NCBI GenBank assembly: GCA_004212095.1
Contig: RXIJ01000032.1
Span: 1 to 49,808 of the forward strand
Direction of reading: 5' to 3'
Length of the DNA stretch: 49,808 bases
From: Methanosarcinales archaeon
Lineage (GTDB): Archaea; Halobacteriota; Methanosarcinia; Methanosarcinales; EX4572-44
Shown here: piece by piece, positions 43,809 through 49,808 of the stretch
How the letters are laid out: each line of letters starts with the position of its first letter
How positions within the stretch are numbered: position 1 is the first letter of the stretch
Made by a program: the position numbers and the translations under genes
Notes under the pieces: generated by a model
Seen by the model: only the letters and a program-made list of their open reading frames with translations
What the model was told of the DNA's origin: nothing
The model's database searches: none

Positions 43809-44333
43809 CTATCGGATAAGTTCTTTTAATTTTTTTAACTCTATTACATGGTTTTTAACATCTTCTTCTTCTGCATATCTTAGATCGTTGGTTCTTAAAT
43901 CGATCTTCTTGATAAATTCTTCAACAGGTATTCTCGCAATCTCCCCAAGCGTACCTACAAGCTCTTTAATTTTTTGTGGATGCATTCGCAACTCAATTGC
44001 TTGTGCAATCAACGGTTGAACAATATCTTTTGCACAATTCACAAATTCAGGTATAACTAAATTTACGCATGCTTCTTCACCGCATCGGACAATTACCATT
44101 GATCTGTCGCTCTGATAGTTTTTCAAAGAGCCTCCATGGCCAAAATAGCACGCGTGTGCTCTCACGATATAGCATCCTGGAGGAACTTGTAGTTCCCTAG
44201 GGAGGTCACCCCATGAAGCTGTTTCGATTACCCTACCATGACAATCAACAACAGTTACACCGGCCTTTTTAGCAAGCTCACATTTCAGATCACGGACCCA
44301 TACATTTAGTTTTGCAAATCCCATTTTTTTCAT
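43809..44333 (-). CDS. hypothetical protein (N-terminal beta-sandwich-like region, C-terminal helical region)
   Basis: An RBS (aggag) precedes the ATG, and a TATA-like ctatataaata lies ~30 nt upstream. No family is recognised. Confidence 0.55.
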   Translation of the reverse strand: MKKMGFAKLNVWVRDLKCELAKKAGVTVVDCHGRVIETASWGDLPRELQVPPGCYIVRAHACYFGHGGSLKNYQSDRSMVIVRCGEEACVNLVIPEFVNCAKDIVQPLIAQAIELRMHPQKIKELVGTLGEIARIPVEEFIKKIDLRTNDLRYAEEEDVKNHVIELKKLKELIR

Positions 44334-44617
44334 TCATCTCCTACTTATTCGGGTATTTATATAGCGCCCCTTATGGGCGCTCTGATGCCACCCTTACCAC
44401 AGTACCCGAAGGCAAATCCCTGTGCATCTTGAATTTTTTGAACCGTGGTTTTTTCTTTTGGCACATACTATTAAGTCTCACCCTTCCCACTCTGCAATGA
44501 ATTGCAGATTATCCGTGCCTCCTTCGGGATTGGTATTACTTTTTTAAATCATTATACCCCGCAGTAATGAGCAATAAACTTGTTAGCGTTTTTCATTTAT
44601 AAAGGTTTCGTTTTTAT

Positions 44618-44750
44618 GGGGCTGTAAACTCTCCGGGTGTTATACCAGAACTCTAATTTCTTTCATGCGTTCAAACATAGAACAGCAGATATTATACCTG
44701 AATACACAACCAAGTCGAAACAATGCCAACACCCAATAACTTTACGAGTC
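44618..44750 (+). repeat. ~135-bp dispersed element, copy 4 (forward orientation), upstream of the lipoprotein/cytochrome operon
   Basis: ggggctgtaaactctccgggtgttataccagaactctaatttctttcatgcgttcaaac...caataactttacgagtc. Confidence 0.85.
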
Positions 44751-44796
44751 CATAATTTGCAAAAGCTTATATTGTATTAAATATTATATTTTGATT

Positions 44797-45198
44797 ATGA
44801 GGTCGATTATTGTTGTTATATTATTCATGGTGCTGTTCTTTGCGTCTGGTTGTGTTGATAAGGATAAACCAGTCGTAACAACCAAAATAACAATCATGGA
44901 AACAGACGGGGAACCTCAAATCACACAACTACAGGTGGAAACAGACAGTGTAAACAGATTAGAAGAATATCGCGACATGTCACCACCATTTCCATGTGTA
45001 GCTCTTACCGTCATAAAAGACATGCGAGAAATCGGCTACCGACGATACAAAAGCTACACAGGCGAGGGTGAATACGAGATAACAACAGACCTTAGAACAG
45101 TACCAGATACTGGAAACACTGTCGATGTGATTGTAAAGGTGTATGATGGAATGGGTAACACTCTTTGCAAAAAAAGGACACCACTGCAGTGGCAATGA
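44797..45198 (+). CDS. secreted lipoprotein-like protein, unknown function
   Basis: The signal peptide has a lipobox-like FFASGC. A TATA-like aaaagcttatattg lies at 44761..44774. The stop overlaps the next start (ATGA). Confidence 0.6.
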   Translation: MRSIIVVILFMVLFFASGCVDKDKPVVTTKITIMETDGEPQITQLQVETDSVNRLEEYRDMSPPFPCVALTVIKDMREIGYRRYKSYTGEGEYEITTDLRTVPDTGNTVDVIVKVYDGMGNTLCKKRTPLQWQ

Positions 45199-45683
45199 AA
45201 GATATACCATACATCATAACAATGGTTCTGACAGGTGTAATTCTTATATCCAGTATCGTGTATATTGCAGCCACAACCAACGTTTTTACATCAAGCAATG
45301 TCACAAACCCACAAATAATAATACCTGAATTCGAAGAGATACCGGAACAAGCAATTGAATGTAATATCTGCCATAAGCAACCGGAAAACCTCACCAGACA
45401 TAAAGACGGGGGGAAATATTGTAAAGCATGTCATGGGGCAGACCTGCATGGCCTGCATACCAGTGATAAAACAGTGGACTTGTCCTGTCAATACTGCCAC
45501 ACAGACAATGCAACCACACCTCAACGTCTGCCTGGTCATGAAAGTATCTGTGATACCTGTCATAATTACTACGATCCGCTGAAGCCAAGCTCTGGGAATA
45601 TCATAGACATACATGTCAAAAAAGGCTATACATGCGATCTTTGTCACATACAGGATCTTCAAAGCCTCCATGAACGATCTTAG
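45195..45683 (+). CDS. membrane-anchored pentaheme c-type cytochrome
   Basis: The motifs are CNICH, CKACH, CQYCH, CDTCH and CDLCH. HKDGGKYCKACHGADLHGLH parallels HKEGGKYCFKCHGSDVHPIH in 21735..22307. Confidence 0.85.
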   Translation: MKDIPYIITMVLTGVILISSIVYIAATTNVFTSSNVTNPQIIIPEFEEIPEQAIECNICHKQPENLTRHKDGGKYCKACHGADLHGLHTSDKTVDLSCQYCHTDNATTPQRLPGHESICDTCHNYYDPLKPSSGNIIDIHVKKGYTCDLCHIQDLQSLHERS

Positions 45684-45777
45684 AATTCCAGCATCGCCGA
45701 TGGAAAACAAAAACTCAAGATTTATAAATGATGGGGTTGGAACTACATAATTAAATTATAAAAGGTTATAAATTTCA

Positions 45778-46362
45778 ATGAATAGTGTCAAAGGATTTAA
45801 AATAGGAATCATCGTAGTAATAATTGTTATTATCTCTACAGCAGTTATCATGTATCAACCCGATACAGATAAAACAAAAGCAAGCACAATAGATGAAATA
45901 ACCACACCGTTGCCAGCTCCAGTTACAACAGTAGTTGCAATACCTTCTTCCACGACCACTTCGCAGACAGATACAACATATAATTCATGTGAGAATTGCC
46001 ATTTAACAGATAAACGCAGCATACCTCAAGCAGATAGCCTGCACAATGAAATGGCACGATACTGCATGCTCTGCCATACGATAGAACACAACTCCCATCC
46101 AATGGAAGATGAGGGTGTTTCATGTAACGATTGCCATGGAGAAAAGGGTGCAGTTCCTACTCTGGAAGAGGGTGCAGTTAGATGTGGAAAATGTCATAGC
46201 TATCCAGACCCAATAGAAACATGCAATGGTAACTTAATTACAGTGCATCGTCCACGTGGTGTAGCATGTTCTAACTGTCACGGAGACGATGTGTTGGCAA
46301 TACACCTATCTGGTAAGAATGTGTACATTGAGGATATGCTGCAATATCTTGAGCGAACATAG
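45778..46362 (+). CDS. membrane-anchored pentaheme c-type cytochrome
   Basis: The motifs are CENCH, CMLCH, CNDCH, CGKCH and CSNCH. It has an N-terminal TM helix and a Thr/Pro-rich linker, and the same family layout as 45195 and 21735. Confidence 0.85.
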   Translation: MNSVKGFKIGIIVVIIVIISTAVIMYQPDTDKTKASTIDEITTPLPAPVTTVVAIPSSTTTSQTDTTYNSCENCHLTDKRSIPQADSLHNEMARYCMLCHTIEHNSHPMEDEGVSCNDCHGEKGAVPTLEEGAVRCGKCHSYPDPIETCNGNLITVHRPRGVACSNCHGDDVLAIHLSGKNVYIEDMLQYLERT

Positions 46363-46428
46363 TATACTATGACATTTCTAAAATTAACACAACTTTAATA
46401 AATACCATATTTTGCCATCTGTACTTTT

Positions 46429-47730
46429 TTATTTCCCCATGTTGCTGCTCGTATCACCAGTATCTTCGCTGTAAATATTATGTTCAATCATTGATTCGAA
46501 CATGAAGTATTTTTCTACATAACCGCGCAGTTCCTCGTCTGATATACAGGACACTCGCTGCTCTGTATCATACAATCGATGAATCTCTCTCTGGATTGCT
46601 TTTATACGCCTGTCATGTTTGTCAAGAGTAATTGTCACACGCATCAGTTTATTCAATGTCTCTTCTACTTTATGCCGGATCACTTCAAGTCCGGAAGAGT
46701 CCCCAATCAGAAGCTGCCTGGTTGCTCCTATCAACTCTGGCGGATAAGGCTCGTATGTAAATGGGTTTTTGATAACACCTGCTGAGTGGATTCCACTTTC
46801 ATGTGCAAATACATTTCGACCCACAAGTGCTTTGTTACATGGTATGCGAATTCCAATTTCATCCTCCATAAAACGAGAGAATTCACTGATAGTGCTTAAG
46901 TCATATTTATCAAAACCTTCCACCCTCTGCTTTAAAAATAGCAATATCTTCTCAAGTTCGGCATTACCAGCACGTTCCCCTATACCAAGGAAGGTGACAC
47001 TTGTCCAGTTAGCACCATGCCAGTAAGCTGAAATAGTGTTTGACACACCGAACCCAAAGTCATCATGCATGTGCGATTCAATATTCTTTACCCCAATTTC
47101 CTTCAATCCATTGATAATATAAGGTATCCCGTATGGTTCGCTCACATCCACAAATGGTACTCCAAAACCAAGCGTGTCACATGGTCTAATAATGCAGTTG
47201 GGGTCTATCTCAATTAGTTCTTTTACCAGCGGGAATACGAAATTATTGATATCTGAACGGGTAATATCCTCAATGTGAGCACGTGTACGAAGCCCATGAT
47301 CCACTGCATACTGCAAAGTTTCAATATACTTGCCCCGTGCTTCTTCTCTATTTTTAAGACCCATCTTCTCAATAATGTGTGAATCTGACACCGACATGAG
47401 GATACCAGTTTCTTCTATTCCCTCCATACTCAGTACAGAATCGATATCCTTTGGATTAGATCTTGCCCAACCCGTCACTTCGGGGCATTCATACCCGTAA
47501 TCAAGCATGTCACGCACTGCTGCACGATCCCGCTCATTGAACACAAAAGCTTCAAGCTTTTCAATACACATTTTATGCAGGTAATCGTATATCTTCAGCT
47601 TGTGGCGTTTCTTAAGTACTATTCCTGCCATCTGAGAGCCATCACGGATCGTGCTATCGCTGATATACACGTCCTGTCCATGGGGCAGCTTAATCTTAGG
47701 CAAATCTTCGTATGAACGATATTCTTTCAT
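46429..47730 (-). CDS. HMGL-like acyltransferase of the 2-isopropylmalate / homocitrate / citramalate synthase family
   Basis: Motifs are ISDSTIRDGSQM, the metal-binding HMHDDFGFGVSN, and HESGIH. ATG 47730 is chosen; the ORF-track extension to 47811 reads into the tandem repeat. Confidence 0.8.
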   Translation of the reverse strand: MKEYRSYEDLPKIKLPHGQDVYISDSTIRDGSQMAGIVLKKRHKLKIYDYLHKMCIEKLEAFVFNERDRAAVRDMLDYGYECPEVTGWARSNPKDIDSVLSMEGIEETGILMSVSDSHIIEKMGLKNREEARGKYIETLQYAVDHGLRTRAHIEDITRSDINNFVFPLVKELIEIDPNCIIRPCDTLGFGVPFVDVSEPYGIPYIINGLKEIGVKNIESHMHDDFGFGVSNTISAYWHGANWTSVTFLGIGERAGNAELEKILLFLKQRVEGFDKYDLSTISEFSRFMEDEIGIRIPCNKALVGRNVFAHESGIHSAGVIKNPFTYEPYPPELIGATRQLLIGDSSGLEVIRHKVEETLNKLMRVTITLDKHDRRIKAIQREIHRLYDTEQRVSCISDEELRGYVEKYFMFESMIEHNIYSEDTGDTSSNMGK

Positions 47731-47766
47731 ATAAACCTCTCCAACCTGTACACTGCGTATGCAGAG

Positions 47767-47938
47767 CCACACAACTTCGTCGTGTGGAAATAACTCTCGA
47801 TTGCAAACCACTGCACAACTTCGTTATGCAGAACCGTACATTCCGTGTGCGGAAATAGATCTCGATTGCAAACCACTGCACAACTTCGTTATGCAGAACC
47901 GTACATTCCGTGTGCGGAAATAGATCTCGATTGCAAAG
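47767..47938. repeat. tandem repeat, 65-bp unit x ~2.2, plus a degenerate leading copy
   Basis: ctcgattgcaaaccactgcacaacttcgttatgcagaaccgtacattccgtgtgcggaaatagat starts at 47796, 47861 and 47926. The motif occurs at 47811..47833 and 47876..47898, with a degenerate copy at 47767..47789. Confidence 0.9.
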
Positions 47939-48163
47939 CAATCTAGTAATCGAGTGTAAGATAAACAAATGCGTTTATACTTTCCTATACGTTTTTAAAA
48001 AATATAATAAACAATTACAATAGCCAGCATATATTATAAATTTAACCTTGGTTTTGAACTTTCACAGTACCAGAAAAATCTCAATTTTTGAGGGCTATAT
48101 TTTTTAGTGTTAAAGTGCTATATATTAATTGTGAATGTTTCTAAGCTATGGATGTGATGTTGT

Positions 48164-49174
48164 TTGATTAAAGAAGCAATGCTGTATACATCGATGAAAG
48201 ATTGTAAAGTCAAGTGCCAGGTATGCAATCGAGAGTGCATAATCTCTGAGGGTAATTATGGTTTCTGCAGAACCCGGCAGAATAAAAATGGCAAGCTGTA
48301 CACATTGATTTATGGTGTTGTATCCAGTGCATCTGTTGACCCAATTGAGAAGAAACCACTGTATCATTTTATGCCTCGCAGTACGAGTTATTCTCTTGGT
48401 ACCATTGGCTGTAATTTTAGATGTAAGAACTGCCAGAATTATACTATTTCGCAGGTGCGTATTGACGAGGCGAATACTGTTGAAATACTTCCGGAAGACG
48501 CTCTCAACCGTGCCGTGTCTTTAGGATGCCTAAGCATTTCATTCACTTACAATGAACCTGCAATATGGTTTGAGTATACCTATGATACTGCAAAACTGGC
48601 ACACGAGGCAGGGATTGCTACTGTGTATGTTACAAATGGATACATCAGCGAGAAGGCACTTCTAACGATTGCACCATATATCGATGCTTTTAGCGTTGAC
48701 ATTAAATCATTTAGAGATGGTTTTTATAAAGAAATATGCAATGCTAAACTTGCACCAGTACTTAGATCTGCAAAACTTGCAAGAGAACTTGGTATGCACG
48801 TAGAAGTTGTAAACCTTATTATTCCAACACTTAACGATTCCTTAGAGGAAATAAGAGAACTTGTGCGGTGGGTACGTGACAATCTTGGTGATTACACACC
48901 GATGCACTTTACACGTTTTTATCCTTATTATAAATTGGATAAATTACCGCCCACACCACTTCGTACACTTGAAGACGCTTACAGCATTGCTGAAGAGGAA
49001 GCTATGAAATACGTGTACATTGGAAATGTGCCTGACACAAAAAAAGATAACACCTACTGCCCAAACTGTGGTGAACTGTTAATCAGACGGCATGGTTTTG
49101 ATGTAACATGTTATGGACTCACTTCTGATAACAAATGCCAGAAGTGTAACACTGAGATAAAAATCAGACGCTGA
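48164..49174 (+). CDS. AmmeMemoRadiSam-system-type radical SAM enzyme (PFL-activase-related)
   Basis: The N-terminal Cys cluster is CQVCNRECII..GNYGFC. DPIEKKPLYHF follows, and the radical SAM motif is CNFRCKNC. A C-terminal CPNCG...CQKC is also present. Confidence 0.8.
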   Translation: MIKEAMLYTSMKDCKVKCQVCNRECIISEGNYGFCRTRQNKNGKLYTLIYGVVSSASVDPIEKKPLYHFMPRSTSYSLGTIGCNFRCKNCQNYTISQVRIDEANTVEILPEDALNRAVSLGCLSISFTYNEPAIWFEYTYDTAKLAHEAGIATVYVTNGYISEKALLTIAPYIDAFSVDIKSFRDGFYKEICNAKLAPVLRSAKLARELGMHVEVVNLIIPTLNDSLEEIRELVRWVRDNLGDYTPMHFTRFYPYYKLDKLPPTPLRTLEDAYSIAEEEAMKYVYIGNVPDTKKDNTYCPNCGELLIRRHGFDVTCYGLTSDNKCQKCNTEIKIRR

Positions 49175-49311
49175 ATGCTTCACCACTGGTTTTTACAGGT
49201 AACCGGGATTATCCAAAAGGATTTTGAGGAGTTAATGATCGTGGAAAAGTACTGTGAACAGATATTGTTTTCTGAACAAATCATGTTTGATGGTTATGGG
49301 GTGAAAAGACG

Positions 49312-49808
49312 GTGAGATGTTTTAGCAGTCGTAAAATATTAATTGTTGTTTTCTCGGCAGTCTTGATTTTTATTCTTGCAGGGTCGACGAGTGCAAAAGA
49401 TACCAGGATCGTTGATCTTTATTCGAATATCGAGTCTGCTGATGTTACAATCTGCTCAGAGGGAGATTATGCGAACGTGACCATCGGTGCAGACCTGATA
49501 TTTAGTGGAGACGTGCTGAAATCAACAAAATTTATTATTGGGGGGGCTCTGGCCGGGACTGATATAACAAAGGCGATGTCATGGAATATAAGCAGCCCTG
49601 AAGATGGTTTATATATCGTTAGAATGACTCTGTTTGTTGATGACAGGGTGTTGGAGAGAAAATATTACAACTTTTCGTATGGTTGGGGCATACAGGAAAT
49701 ACCAGAGGTATTCATTAAAGATATTAACTCCGATTCCAGTGGTGTTAGCGTTATTTTAAGACCGAACATTCCCAGAATTGGTTCGGAACAGGAGTTTGTA
49801 CTGGCAGA
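49312..49808 (+). CDS. partial ORF (3' end outside the window), secreted protein of unknown function
   Basis: The frame is open from GTG 49312 to the window end. The signal peptide is RKILIVVFSAVLIFILAGSTSA. It is absent from the ORF track because it has no stop. Confidence 0.4.
   Translation, partial: MRCFSSRKILIVVFSAVLIFILAGSTSAKDTRIVDLYSNIESADVTICSEGDYANVTIGADLIFSGDVLKSTKFIIGGALAGTDITKAMSWNISSPEDGLYIVRMTLFVDDRVLERKYYNFSYGWGIQEIPEVFIKDINSDSSGVSVILRPNIPRIGSEQEFVLA

Noticed and set aside
1-49808. Whether the window is a Borg-like extrachromosomal element (tandem repeats plus multiheme cytochromes, as reported for Methanoperedens Borgs).
   Set aside because: The window carries core housekeeping genes (pyrD/K/E/F, serA, tRNA-Ile, a tRNA-modification enzyme) and uses both strands. 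Its repeats are imperfect and mainly intergenic, and its base composition does not look extremely AT-rich. A chromosomal origin is more likely, but this cannot be excluded without whole-replicon context.

Overview
This 49.8-kb window reads as an archaeal chromosome segment. Gene content suggests a Methanosarcinales / ANME-2d (Methanoperedens-like) organism; this is an inference, not a database hit.

1-21.7 kb carries housekeeping and accessory genes on both strands:
- a decayed IS630-type transposase
- an overlapping AAA ATPase + MBL hydrolase pair
- a CorA-family transporter
- a Taw2/Trm5-like tRNA enzyme
- a B12-binding radical SAM protein
- tRNA-Ile(GAU)
- a four-gene cluster of unknown function that includes a PASTA-repeat protein
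- a bacterioferritin-like gene bracketed by direct repeats
- the pyrD-pyrK-pyrE-pyrF operon
- an orphan hicA
- a futalosine-hydrolase-like nucleosidase
- serA
- a six-gene RsbR/S/T/X stressosome-like module whose output protein is RsbU_N-GAF rather than a PP2C phosphatase

21.7-46.4 kb is a multiheme c-type cytochrome island with 8 cytochrome genes and 90 canonical CxxCH motifs by hand count. It includes a 2143-aa, 35-heme protein with an S-layer-type domain and a C-terminal anchor. It also includes a 2473-aa protein that fuses a ~850-aa parallel beta-helix to 31 hemes. ccmF, a type I signal peptidase and membrane proteins are interleaved.

46.4-49.8 kb holds an isopropylmalate/homocitrate-synthase-family gene, an AmmeMemoRadiSam-type radical SAM gene and a partial secreted protein.

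The intergenic DNA is unusually repeat-rich. A ~135-bp dispersed element occurs four times, each time just upstream of a BRE/TATA-like box and co-oriented with the downstream gene. A 23-24-nt motif (TTCTGC..GAAGTTGTRCAG) sits inside five different local tandem arrays, one of which duplicates the pyrD-stop / pyrK-start junction.

All family assignments come from motif recognition by eye; no searches were run.
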